From Candidatus Bathyarchaeota archaeon (GTDB lineage Archaea > Thermoproteota > Bathyarchaeia > Bathyarchaeales > Bathycorpusculaceae): DNA of 64,000 bases. The stretch covers positions 881,404 to 945,403 of the forward strand of contig CAWABA010000006.1 of assembly GCA_963780185.1 (NCBI GenBank), given 5' to 3'. Under the pieces are notes generated by a model. It was not told the DNA's origin and searched no databases. It worked only from the letters and a program-made list of their open reading frames with translations. This document shows, one piece after another, positions 32,162 to 41,646 of this stretch. The translations under genes and the position numbers were made by a program. Position 1 is the stretch's first letter. Every line of letters begins with the position of its first letter.

Positions 32162-32231
32162 GGAACCATTCACTTTCAGTTTACCCTCACTGCTCTGCGG
32201 CGTCGTTTGAGTTGATGGTTTAATAGTTATG
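32162..32231 (-). repeat. 70-bp dispersed element, copy 2
   Basis: Inverted copy of 10609..10679. Confidence 0.85.
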
Positions 32232-32381
32232 GAAGACGGCAAGTGGTTGGAAGCTATGGGAAGGGCTCAGCTTAGTTACCGAAGCCTTCAAGTATTTCGA
32301 CTTTCGACATGTTCTTCTCTTGGCAATTTGGCTTATATGGTGTATACCAATACTTACGATTAGCTGACAACGAAAGGAGAC

Positions 32382-33101
32382 ATGAAAGATTTGACGATTC
32401 TAGTTCAACAAATGGAAACGAGTTGTTCAGCGCAGCTAATAATTGCAGCATTAAACGAAGCCCCAGGAATCGGACTTACAATAGCCGAGATGAAAGATAC
32501 TTTAGGTGAGATTCCAGTCCTAGTTGTAGATGGCAAAAGCAGCGACCGAACAGTCGAGATAGCTAGGAACTTGGGTGCAAAGGTTGTTTATCAAGATGGC
32601 AACGGCAAAGGCGACGCATTGATTAAAGCTTTTGAACATGCCGACCTGAACGTGGATTACATAATTCTTACTGACGCAGACTACACTTACCCAGCTGAGC
32701 ATGTTCCAGCTATGATAAAAATACTCGATGAAAACCCGCTTGTAGGCATGGTTTGCGGCAACAGACTCGACGGTCAAGTTGACAAGAAAGCTTTGCATGA
32801 TGTTTTCCATATTGGCAACATGCTGCTGGCTTTGGCACATAACATGCTTAACGGCGTGCCCCTTCAAGATCCGTTAACTGGACTACGAGTAATACGCGCC
32901 GAAATCTTGCGAGGAAGGCTTATGAAGTCCAAGGGCTTCGACATCGAGGTTGAGTTGAACCATCGGGTGGAACTGCTTGGCTTCAAGACTCAGGAAATAC
33001 CGATTCGCTACAGAGCACGGTTAGGCGAGAAGAAGTTGAAGGTAAGTCACGGTTTTACTATCCTAAAAAGAATATTGTTGGAAACAGCCTGTAGGAATTG
33101 A
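32382..33101 (+). CDS. GT2 glycosyltransferase (DPM1-like)
   Basis: ALNE, VVDG.S.DRT, GKG.AL, DADYTY, D..TGLR, GFDIEVE. Confidence 0.92.
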   Translation: MKDLTILVQQMETSCSAQLIIAALNEAPGIGLTIAEMKDTLGEIPVLVVDGKSSDRTVEIARNLGAKVVYQDGNGKGDALIKAFEHADLNVDYIILTDADYTYPAEHVPAMIKILDENPLVGMVCGNRLDGQVDKKALHDVFHIGNMLLALAHNMLNGVPLQDPLTGLRVIRAEILRGRLMKSKGFDIEVELNHRVELLGFKTQEIPIRYRARLGEKKLKVSHGFTILKRILLETACRN

Positions 33102-33113
33102 TGCAAACGCGAT

Positions 33114-33333
33114 TTAGTTTCTGTAGCATATTTTAGTATAGCTTATAAGCATTTCTATGTCCATTATTACGACGTCTGGATGCAAAGTGGCGATTTTTGA
33201 AGGGGCTTCTTCGCCGTCTCTGGCTGTTCCTATGACGGATAACTGGATCTGATTGCAGGGTATCTTGGAGGATCTTCTGCGTGAAAAGTGAATCGTCAAC
33301 TACAAGTAGCTTGATTGGATGCATAGTTACCAC
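33114..33333 (-). pseudogene. cheB: cheB remnant (REC domain N-terminal half only)
   Basis: IKLLVVDDSLF...L..DP / VIGTARDG.EA......PDVVIMDIEM then breaks; methylesterase domain absent. Confidence 0.8.
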
Positions 33334-33490
33334 AATTTGAACAGGGGTCTGAAGATTTAGCGTTTGAAAACAGTGATCTTCACGGTTTTGTCTGTTACAA
33401 ATGAATCGGCAAGTGCCTATAAGTCGATCATGAAAATCAAGTATGTATTCTGAAGTCTAAGCGTAAAGCGCAAGCGAAAATTTTAGAAAA

Positions 33491-33850
33491 TTAGACTATG
33501 TAGCTTGTGCTTCCTGCAATTGAAAGTTGGGTCTTCAACCAGTCTTCGCTCATGAGGCACCATTTCGAGTCGGCTCCCTCAATTTGCAGTACCATAATCA
33601 AGTCAACCTTGTCCAGCTTGGCGTATTCCAAAAGGATATCGTAGGTTTTTTGGTTTATGTCAATGTCTAAATCTTGCGGTGTGTCGTCTGAGGCTTGTTT
33701 GGCGTGGAATATGGCTTTGATTTTGTCGGCTGTCTCGTTGATTTTGACGTTGATTCCGTTGACGTAGTATATTTTGTTGTTGTAGCTTAGGATGACATTT
33801 CGGGCGTTTCCCGATTTTACTTCTGTATGTTCCATTCTCGAGCCTCTCAT
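33491..33850 (-). CDS. hypothetical protein within the che cluster
   Basis: 119-aa ORF between cheA and cheB, same strand. Confidence 0.6.
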   Translation of the reverse strand: MRGSRMEHTEVKSGNARNVILSYNNKIYYVNGINVKINETADKIKAIFHAKQASDDTPQDLDIDINQKTYDILLEYAKLDKVDLIMVLQIEGADSKWCLMSEDWLKTQLSIAGSTSYIV

Positions 33851-34026
33851 TTATTGACTGTTGAGACAGTAATAAAACGGTACTTCCTGTGTCGGAATAT
33901 TGCGAGTGTAGATCTGGCAAATTAGCCTCCGGAAAAACAAGATAGACTAAGGACACAAGTTCACAGATCATGCATGTATGAGCACTACAAAAAAGGGTCA
34001 AAATGAAGCAACCCATCTGTTATGCG

Positions 34027-36054
34027 CTAGTTCATTTTCATTGTCTTATTTACGAATTGCGCAATATCTAAAACCAGCACTACCTGGCCATCCCCGAGGA
34101 TTGTGGCTCCGGTTAATCCTTTGATTCCTGCGATAGTTTCAGTTAGCGATTTAACAAGGATGTCTTGTTGCCGAAGAACGGAATCGACGACCAGGCCCAT
34201 TTTTGTGTTTTCGTCTCCTAGGAAAGTGATGAGAAGTTCAAGCTCATCTTCGTTGGAGCCTGGAAGGCTCAAGAGCTGATGAAGATGAACCATCGGGATT
34301 ACACGGTCCCGTACAAGTATGGCGTTTGTTTTACCTAGCGACTTAACATCGGATTTTTTAACTCGGACGATTTCCGAAACTTGGCTTGCAGGTATAGCGA
34401 AGGTTTGAGTAGCGTCCTGGACAAGAATTGCCTGAATAATTGCCAGCGTAATCGGCAGTTTTATGGTGGTTTTTGTTCCTTTGCCAAGTTGGCTTTCAAC
34501 GTGCACAGTGCCTGCTAAAGCGGAGATTTTTGTCTTGACAACATCCATGCCGACGCCTCTGCCGCTTGTTTCAGTAACAATTTTTGCAGTTGAAAAACCA
34601 GGAAGAAAAATCAGGTTAATCAATTGTTCCTTGCTCATTTTGTCCAGTTCTGCTTTGCTTGCCAAACCCTTTTCCAGAGCTTTCTCTTTTATCTTTTCAG
34701 TGTCAATTCCAGCACCGTCATCTTCAACTTCTATTATTACTTGGTTGCCGTTTCTCTGGGCTGCCAGCTTGATTGTTCCTGTTTCGTTCTTGCCTGAGTT
34801 CACTCTTTCTTCGGGGGTTTCTACTCCGTGGTCAACGCTGTTTCGGAGCAAGTGAATTAGTGGCTCGCCAATTTCGTCCAGAACCGTTCTGTCAACCTCG
34901 ATGTCTTTTCCTTCCATGACCAAATCAATTTTCTTCTCCTTTTTCAGCGATAAATCTCTAATTAACCGTGGAAACCTGTCAAAAACTTGACTTACCGGCA
35001 CCATTCTAACTTCCATTACGAGGTCCTGCAAGTCATCCGTTAATCTATCGATGTTCTCTGCGATACGTTTCAAAGAGTCGTTTCGGCTCTCAGATGTGAC
35101 TTGGAGCAGAGCAATCTTGTTGATGACAAGTTCACCCACCCAATTCATCAACTTATCCAGTTGGTCGAATTTGACCCGTACGGTTTGTGTCGATTGCGCG
35201 TCTACAGCGACATTGACTATTTTTTTGTTTTCAACAGTGATCAGATAATTGCTCTTTGGGGGTATGGAAACAGGTCCCTCTTTTATAGAGGAAACTGAAT
35301 TGTTGAAAGAAGTCACATTTACCTGTTTCACTTCGAGAACTTGTTTAGCACTTTGTTCAATTGCTTTTTCATCAGATTTACTTATTACAGCCATTTTGAA
35401 GCCTTGACAGAGGTTTTGATCATCAAAGTCTTGACTTTCAGGGACTGTCTTGATTATTTTTGCTATTTCCGCGATTTTTTCCGAAACCATGCTTGCCCGG
35501 ATGCTTTTAAAGTTACAGTCATCGCAGAATGTCAGATCAACAATGAAGCAACGTTCGCCTGCAATTTCAGCTTGTTTAACAACGTCCCTTTCAGTTTGGT
35601 TAAGCTCGATGATTTTGTTTCCAGTTGACGACCCATCAACATCTTTAGGTTCCTTAAGCTGAGCACTTTGCAGTAGAGTTTTTGTTGAGTGCAGTTTGTT
35701 TTTTAAAGGCCCAACTTCAATTTCACCCTCAATGTTACTCTGAATGTTATTGAGCCGTAATGATAGGGCATCTACGCACTCAAGAAGCACGCTAATAAGG
35801 TTGCTTGAGGGGTGATTGCCTTTTCGCATTTCGTCGAATACGTCTTCCATGCTATGGGTAAGTTCTTGAAAATCCTTGAAGCCCATCATGCCGGATGAAC
35901 CCTTCAGCGTGTGGGCAGACCTGAAAAGCATGTTGATAACCTCTTGGTTTTCAGGTTCTTTTTCCAAAATCAACATAGACTTAGTTATTGAATCAATATG
36001 TTCCTTGGCCTCTTCTATGAATAACTGCCGATATTGATCATTGCCAAATGACAT
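34027..36054 (-). CDS. cheA: chemotaxis histidine kinase CheA (Hpt-P2-dimer-HATPase-CheW)
   Basis: FRSAHTLKGSS, TVRV...LDKLMN..GELVI, HLLRNSVDHG, DDGAG, PGFSTA, SGRGVGMDVVK. Confidence 0.98.
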   Translation of the reverse strand: MSFGNDQYRQLFIEEAKEHIDSITKSMLILEKEPENQEVINMLFRSAHTLKGSSGMMGFKDFQELTHSMEDVFDEMRKGNHPSSNLISVLLECVDALSLRLNNIQSNIEGEIEVGPLKNKLHSTKTLLQSAQLKEPKDVDGSSTGNKIIELNQTERDVVKQAEIAGERCFIVDLTFCDDCNFKSIRASMVSEKIAEIAKIIKTVPESQDFDDQNLCQGFKMAVISKSDEKAIEQSAKQVLEVKQVNVTSFNNSVSSIKEGPVSIPPKSNYLITVENKKIVNVAVDAQSTQTVRVKFDQLDKLMNWVGELVINKIALLQVTSESRNDSLKRIAENIDRLTDDLQDLVMEVRMVPVSQVFDRFPRLIRDLSLKKEKKIDLVMEGKDIEVDRTVLDEIGEPLIHLLRNSVDHGVETPEERVNSGKNETGTIKLAAQRNGNQVIIEVEDDGAGIDTEKIKEKALEKGLASKAELDKMSKEQLINLIFLPGFSTAKIVTETSGRGVGMDVVKTKISALAGTVHVESQLGKGTKTTIKLPITLAIIQAILVQDATQTFAIPASQVSEIVRVKKSDVKSLGKTNAILVRDRVIPMVHLHQLLSLPGSNEDELELLITFLGDENTKMGLVVDSVLRQQDILVKSLTETIAGIKGLTGATILGDGQVVLVLDIAQFVNKTMKMN

Positions 36055-36149
36055 GCCCTTTATTCCTTGACCTATCTATGCATGAGCGAAATTACGGTCT
36101 GACACAACAATCTGTTATGAAGCTGTAATTTGTCAGAGTGCGTCTCTGT

Positions 36150-36584
36150 TTAGACACTCAAAGGCTTAGAAAGCATGTTGACAGTCGAAAAATTCAAAGG
36201 CTCACTTGACTTGCTAGGTTTTTGGTAAACTCTAACTTTATGGTCAACCGCCAAAAATTTTGCCGCTGGTTCACCGCTTAGGATTTCTGATTTTCCAGTA
36301 ATCAAGTATCCCCCTTCTTTTAGGGCCCCGAAAAAGCTCATATGGATCTGTTGTTGGCTTTCTTTAGAGAAGTAAATCATCGTGTAGTTAATTGCCAGGT
36401 CATTTAGCAAATTTTTGAATTCTTCTGGATTATTTCTTAGGTAGACAACGTACTTGCCATAAGTGTTCGACCCCGTCGCCCTTAATCTAACTTCGAAGCG
36501 CCTTTTCAGATATTGCTCACGGTAGCCCGAACAATTTACGCCGGCTTTTTCAAGCAGCAGCCTTTTTATTTTTTGAAAAGACAT
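36150..36584 (-). pseudogene. cheR: cheR with in-frame internal deletion of the SAM-binding core
   Basis: N-domain Y...YLKRR...L.INYT fused directly to C-terminal MIYF....Q......L..GGYL..G.SE; only 144 aa; WSAGC..GEE and D.I.CRN motifs absent. Confidence 0.85.
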
Positions 36585-36673
36585 CTTTTTCTAAGAAGTC
36601 TTGGAGTGCATCTTGTTTTTTCTGTTCTACCAATTATTTCTAAACCTCAAATTACCCGTTCATTTCGGGTTAT

Positions 36674-37345
36674 TCACGCATCAATCAGAGTTTTCGATTT
36701 TTGGGTAAGCAGGTCTTTGAGTTCTCCGCTTGGGAAAATCATTAGCATACATTTTGCGTCGTCGCCTTGTCGTTTAAATCGGGTTTCAAAAAGCATAGCG
36801 TTTTCTGAAAGCATCGATTGTTTTATGAGGAAACCGTCGAGAATAGCGTTAAAAGTGTCAACGACGCTTTGAGGCGCAGTGGGGAGAAGGGTTATTTCGA
36901 TGAAGTCTGAGATTGCAGTTAAGAATGATCCGATCACGATGTTTGCGAGCTCGTTTATTGCCGATGTTTCCATCGTTGGATCGAGTTCCTCAATTGAAGC
37001 AGCACATGTCATCATTACCGCAAGTTTTTTGGCTTCTGCTAATTCTATCGTTAATAAGATATCGCAACCATAGGTTTCTGTGAGTTGAAGGTAAATGCCC
37101 ATTGTTGGCTCTTCGTGTTTGTTGTAAAACTTGGGGATTAAGTGTAATTGTATAGTATAGATTTTAGGTACATCAATTGATATCGGTTGCTGAAGCATAT
37201 CGGACAAAGCTGTAGCTGCATGCCCAGCGCCTATGCTTCCAAGCTCCAGAAGAATCCCCATATCGATTTCCTGCTCCTCTTTAGACCTAAGGGAATCTTT
37301 GTTTGTTAATTTCTTCATTGCGCTATCGACTGTTTGATTTTTCAT
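36674..37345 (-). CDS. cheC: CheC phosphatase
   Basis: ELGSIGAGHAATALS, SAINELANI..GSFLTAISDF. Confidence 0.92.
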   Translation of the reverse strand: MKNQTVDSAMKKLTNKDSLRSKEEQEIDMGILLELGSIGAGHAATALSDMLQQPISIDVPKIYTIQLHLIPKFYNKHEEPTMGIYLQLTETYGCDILLTIELAEAKKLAVMMTCAASIEELDPTMETSAINELANIVIGSFLTAISDFIEITLLPTAPQSVVDTFNAILDGFLIKQSMLSENAMLFETRFKRQGDDAKCMLMIFPSGELKDLLTQKSKTLIDA

Positions 37346-37953
37346 ATTTCTTTTACCTCTCCGTTGAAAGTTCGGACGAGCGTCACGCCTGAAGCCACGT
37401 TGAAAGATATTTGTCTTCCATGCGAACCGCCTACATCTTCGCCTGTCAACCGTATCCTATGATCATCTAACGCTTTCTTAACCGCCTTGATGTTTTTGGC
37501 GCCAATCTCTAGGTGGTTTGCACCTAAGTTGGAAAACATGTTTGCGCCGCCAGCGATCTTAGCTGAAAGACGACTTTGTCTTCCGCTGAATTTGCTTATT
37601 CCATTCATAAGGGCTGGAACTGCAGTGTTGGCAAATTTTGATGGAAGAGGTTCGTTTTGGCCGTTAACGGAGTTTGGAAGCATTACGTGGGCTAATCCGC
37701 CAATTCTGTGCACTGGATCGTGGAGGCATATCGCTACGCATGATCCTACGCTTGTCAATAGTTCAGCTGGTTTGTATTCTATTTTCATATCTGCCATGTC
37801 TACTCGAACTTCCTCAACCTTAGGGTTTTCTTGAACTGAAATTGTAATTGGCGTTATCTCTTGCTGCAAAGCAAATAATGACTTGTATTCTAGTTTGTAC
37901 CGTGTTTTTTCCCGCCCGATTTTGGGTTGATGCCACGAGGGAAGAAGAGCCAA
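37342..37953 (-). CDS. cheD: CheD receptor deamidase (start uncertain)
   Basis: GSCVAICLHD, GGLAHVMLP, KFA..A, KIAGGANMF, IG.KN, EDVGG..GR. Confidence 0.93.
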   Translation of the reverse strand: MALLPSWHQPKIGREKTRYKLEYKSLFALQQEITPITISVQENPKVEEVRVDMADMKIEYKPAELLTSVGSCVAICLHDPVHRIGGLAHVMLPNSVNGQNEPLPSKFANTAVPALMNGISKFSGRQSRLSAKIAGGANMFSNLGANHLEIGAKNIKAVKKALDDHRIRLTGEDVGGSHGRQISFNVASGVTLVRTFNGEVKEI

Positions 37954-37963
37954 CTTGCTTTCC

Positions 37964-38335
37964 TCAACAGTATTTTGTGATTGCTTCGATTACTTTTTGC
38001 GGTTGAAACGGTTTTACAACAAAGTCTTTCGCGCCTGACTTAATCGCTTCAACAATTAGCGACTGCTGCCCCATTGAACTGCACATAATCACTTTTGCTG
38101 ATGGCTGGCTTGCAACTATCTGTTTGAGGGCTTCTATGCCGTCTTTCGCTTTGGGTCCAGGAGGCATGATTATGTCCATTAGTACAAGGTCAGGTTTTGT
38201 CTGTTCAAATTTTGCTATTGCGTCGTCGCCGCTTGACGCTTCGGCTATTACCTCAAACCCTGCTTGCAGAACTATTTTTTTAAGTACGGCTCTCATGAAT
38301 GAGGCATCGTCAACTATCATAATTGTGCCCATCAC
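37964..38335 (-). CDS. cheY: CheY response regulator
   Basis: IVDDASFMR, PDLVLMDI.MP, MCSSMGQ, GAKDFVVKPF. Confidence 0.95.
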   Translation of the reverse strand: MMGTIMIVDDASFMRAVLKKIVLQAGFEVIAEASSGDDAIAKFEQTKPDLVLMDIIMPPGPKAKDGIEALKQIVASQPSAKVIMCSSMGQQSLIVEAIKSGAKDFVVKPFQPQKVIEAITKYC

Positions 38336-38915
38336 AGTCCATCTCTTTTTTTATCTTAAGATTTACGAAAACAATTATAAGCGTTGTGTAGTAAAACAAC
38401 ATATCAATACACAATATTAGGCAACAACAAAAAAACCGCCTTAATCGCTGGAAACATGTCGGAATAACTATTAATTCTTGAAACTTGTAAAATTTGTCTT
38501 TTGCGCTTTCACAGATAAGGGAAATGCCGTAAATTGATAATAAGGTAAATTCGCGGGAAGAAAAATCAAAATTCATAACACGATTTCTCTTCGCCTCATC
38601 GCACAGCTCATTGACAAGAGCAACCAGCCAACTACTCTTATTTTGGCAGTAGTGTCTGTTGAAGGTTTTCTGCAGTAAGCCGTTACACCAAAAAATTTAC
38701 ATATGAAAGAGACTTCCAAGTGGGCCGATGTTAAAGAATTTCGGATAAACTTTATTTAATCTTATTATTTTTCAACTTTTAGCTGCAAATTTTGTCTTTT
38801 AATATTCGGAATTCGATTTTGATTTTAAGTCTATTCGGACGTGGATTCTGAATTCATAAATGATTATAATAAAAACGAACAAAAAAAGCGACAAAATGGG
38901 TAAGGTAATTAAAAA

Positions 38916-40847
38916 ATGGCAGAGGAAACACGAGATAAAAAGAATAAGGACTTAGAAAAGAAAATTCAATCTCTTGAAAAAGAGAGAAAAAATCTCTTAG
39001 AAGAAAACGAAAATCTAAGAAACGAACTTTGCACAACAATCCAAGAGGAGATTAATACTGCAAAAAATTTTTCGACCACAATAGACGAAACATTAATCCA
39101 TGCTAACAGTGCAGTCAGTAGCGCAAGTAAGGTTGAAAAAACAGCCCTCAAGGTTGCCAACAATGCTGAAAGCGCAGCACAAGGGTCAGCCAAAGTCGCT
39201 GGCCTTGCCGGTGGGGCCGTAAACGCAGCCAACCAGATTTTAGGTGCAGCAAAAAATGTCGCTGAATCAGCTAACAAAGTCGCAAACAAAGCAGAAGGCG
39301 CAGCAGAAGCAGCATCAAAAGTAGCTAACATGGCTGAAGGCGCAAAGGGAGCAGCGACAAAAATGGTGAGCTTGGCTACTGGAGCAGTAGAGATAGCCGC
39401 AAAAGTGGGAGCAAGCGCAATGAATGCTAAAAATGTCGCATCCAACGTTGCCTCTACTGCACAAGGGGCAGTTCAATCGGCCACTAATGTTGCAGAAATG
39501 GGTAAACAAGCGGCTGATGTTTCCTCACAAATGTCACAAGGCATGCAACAAGTCAGTACCGCAGCACAACAGGTATCTATTGGCTCACAAAAGCTTGCTG
39601 ATTTGTCTCAGAACGCTGCCAAAAGCACGGAGTCACTAAAGAAAGTCATGGATGAGGCAGGACAAATTGCGCGGGATGCTTCGAATGTAACTAATGAAGC
39701 ATTAAAAAGCGCAAATGAAGCTAAAACTAAGGGCCGAGCAGGAATAGCCGCAATAGCAACAATGAAAAACGACATAACCAGCGTGGCCGATGCAGTAGTT
39801 TCGATGGTTGGTTCAATCGAGCAGGTTGGCGGCATGGCAAGTTCAGTTTCTGACATTGCAAGCCAAACAAACATGCTTGCATTGAATGCGGCAATTGAAG
39901 CCGCCAGAGCAGGCGAGGCAGGAAGAGGCTTTGCAGTCGTTGCTGACGCAGTAAAAGGATTAGCAGGTCAATCAAAAGGCGCTGCAGGTTCAGCCATAAG
40001 CCTTGTAAAAGAAATAAAGGATTCAGGTTCCAAAACAAGCGAAATTGCCAGGCAATCGCAGAAAGGCGCAAATGAAGGTGCCCAAGTAGTTCAAGGAGCA
40101 ATACAAGAAACCGAAAATATCTCGAAAATAATGCAAGAAATGTCCGGCAAAGTCAGTACACTTACAAATGGAGTCGAAAAAGGACTTGAAGTCATAGATA
40201 CCGTAATGAAAGTGATTCAAGACGTTTCCGCAATAGCTCAGGAAAGCTCATCATCAGCGGAAGAATCTTCGTCAGCAGTCGAGGAACAAGCAGCCACTTC
40301 AGTGCAGATTACAGAAATAGCTAAAAACATTTCTGAAGGTGTCAAAACGTTCGCTGAGGTTGTTCAGAACGTAATTGCAGAAAGCACTGGAATAGCTAAA
40401 GCTGCCGAGGGCGTTATCGTCGACGCGACCAATGTAGAAAAATCTGCTAAAGAAGTGATTTCTGAGGCTGAAAACGTGGCAAAAGCAGCTACCATCGCAG
40501 TAGGCGATGCAACAGACGTGGCAAAAGTAGCCCAGCAAGTGACGTCTGAAGTCATAGAAGTTGGAAAAGTGGCAGGCGAAGTTGGTATAGCAGCAGAAGG
40601 ATTGGCTACGGCAGCTGCAGATGCAATAATAGTGTCAAAAAACGCTGAGAAAACGGCCATAGAAGTAAAAACAGATGCTGAAAGTGTTGCTAAAGTTGCT
40701 AAGCAAGTCACCTCAGACGCAATAGAAATTTCAAAAACAGCTGGACAGATAAAGAGCGATTTACAGAAACTAATCGAAAAAAGGACCCGCACGATTGAAG
40801 AAATCAAAAGCAAACGGGAAAGGAAAAACAAAGTGGAGGCAGAGTAA
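38916..40847 (+). CDS. soluble methyl-accepting chemotaxis protein, extra-long, no sensor/TM/HAMP
   Basis: [27 protein letters not shown] tip at residue ~334 of 643; Ala-rich heptads on both arms. Confidence 0.93.
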   Translation: MAEETRDKKNKDLEKKIQSLEKERKNLLEENENLRNELCTTIQEEINTAKNFSTTIDETLIHANSAVSSASKVEKTALKVANNAESAAQGSAKVAGLAGGAVNAANQILGAAKNVAESANKVANKAEGAAEAASKVANMAEGAKGAATKMVSLATGAVEIAAKVGASAMNAKNVASNVASTAQGAVQSATNVAEMGKQAADVSSQMSQGMQQVSTAAQQVSIGSQKLADLSQNAAKSTESLKKVMDEAGQIARDASNVTNEALKSANEAKTKGRAGIAAIATMKNDITSVADAVVSMVGSIEQVGGMASSVSDIASQTNMLALNAAIEAARAGEAGRGFAVVADAVKGLAGQSKGAAGSAISLVKEIKDSGSKTSEIARQSQKGANEGAQVVQGAIQETENISKIMQEMSGKVSTLTNGVEKGLEVIDTVMKVIQDVSAIAQESSSSAEESSSAVEEQAATSVQITEIAKNISEGVKTFAEVVQNVIAESTGIAKAAEGVIVDATNVEKSAKEVISEAENVAKAATIAVGDATDVAKVAQQVTSEVIEVGKVAGEVGIAAEGLATAAADAIIVSKNAEKTAIEVKTDAESVAKVAKQVTSDAIEISKTAGQIKSDLQKLIEKRTRTIEEIKSKRERKNKVEAE

Positions 40848-40916
40848 TTCTCTGTCTTTTTCCCTTGACCATAGCCAAAAGACTTCAAATGGAAACATAA
40901 AGACAAGGTGTGAAAA

Positions 40917-41450
40917 ATGACAAGTATTGACAACCAGAAAAGCTCGCGAGAAGAGGTACAGATGCTGACATTTATGCTTGACAACGTATCTTACGGCGTT
41001 AATGTTCATCAAGTACGTGAAGTCAAAAACTTCGAGGGTGTTACACCCGTACCATATGCACCATCTTACGTCAAGGGTGTGACCAACCTCCGAGGAGAAA
41101 TCATTCCCGTAATAGACTTGAGAAAGCGTTTTGGATTCGAAACCAAAACGTGCGTTGATGACGCTGGAATTATGGTGATAGTTCAAGACCTGCATCCAAT
41201 AGGAGTGATGGTTGATTCAGTCATGGAAGTTCTGACGCTACCAAAAAAAGACATTGAATCAAACCTTGACAATTTGAGTACGAACAGATCGGAAGCAGTA
41301 CTAGGTGTGGCTAAACACGACAAAGACCTGATAATCCTTCTCGACTTGATGAAAGTCGTTGCGAAAAAGGACATCGAAAACCTGGAACCTAACCATAAAG
41401 GCTTCCAAGTTCAAACAGAGAATCCGCAGAAAGCGCAAGCAACAACCTAA
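40917..41450 (+). CDS. cheW: CheW coupling protein
   Basis: F.L....YG.....V.E, VP.AP.YV.GV.NLRGEIIPVIDL, G..VD.V.EV. Confidence 0.96.
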   Translation: MTSIDNQKSSREEVQMLTFMLDNVSYGVNVHQVREVKNFEGVTPVPYAPSYVKGVTNLRGEIIPVIDLRKRFGFETKTCVDDAGIMVIVQDLHPIGVMVDSVMEVLTLPKKDIESNLDNLSTNRSEAVLGVAKHDKDLIILLDLMKVVAKKDIENLEPNHKGFQVQTENPQKAQATT

Positions 41451-41646
41451 ACGCCTCTTTTTTTAGAGGCATACCGTTTTCCGATAAAATTGCAGAGGCG
41501 GCTAAAGTTGAGTTACACGTATCAAGAGCTAAGGGACAAGAAATGCGTCTCACAAAAACATGATTTCCTTTCAAACTTTAGCTTTCCCGCTTCAAATTGC
41601 ATGACGCAAAATAGTTCGTTTTTCAACATATTTTGGAGCCGTTGAA

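Noticed and set aside
38457-38840. TCGGA repeats in the che divergent promoter as an operator
   Set aside because: Five-base motif with irregular spacing; not distinguishable from chance by eye.
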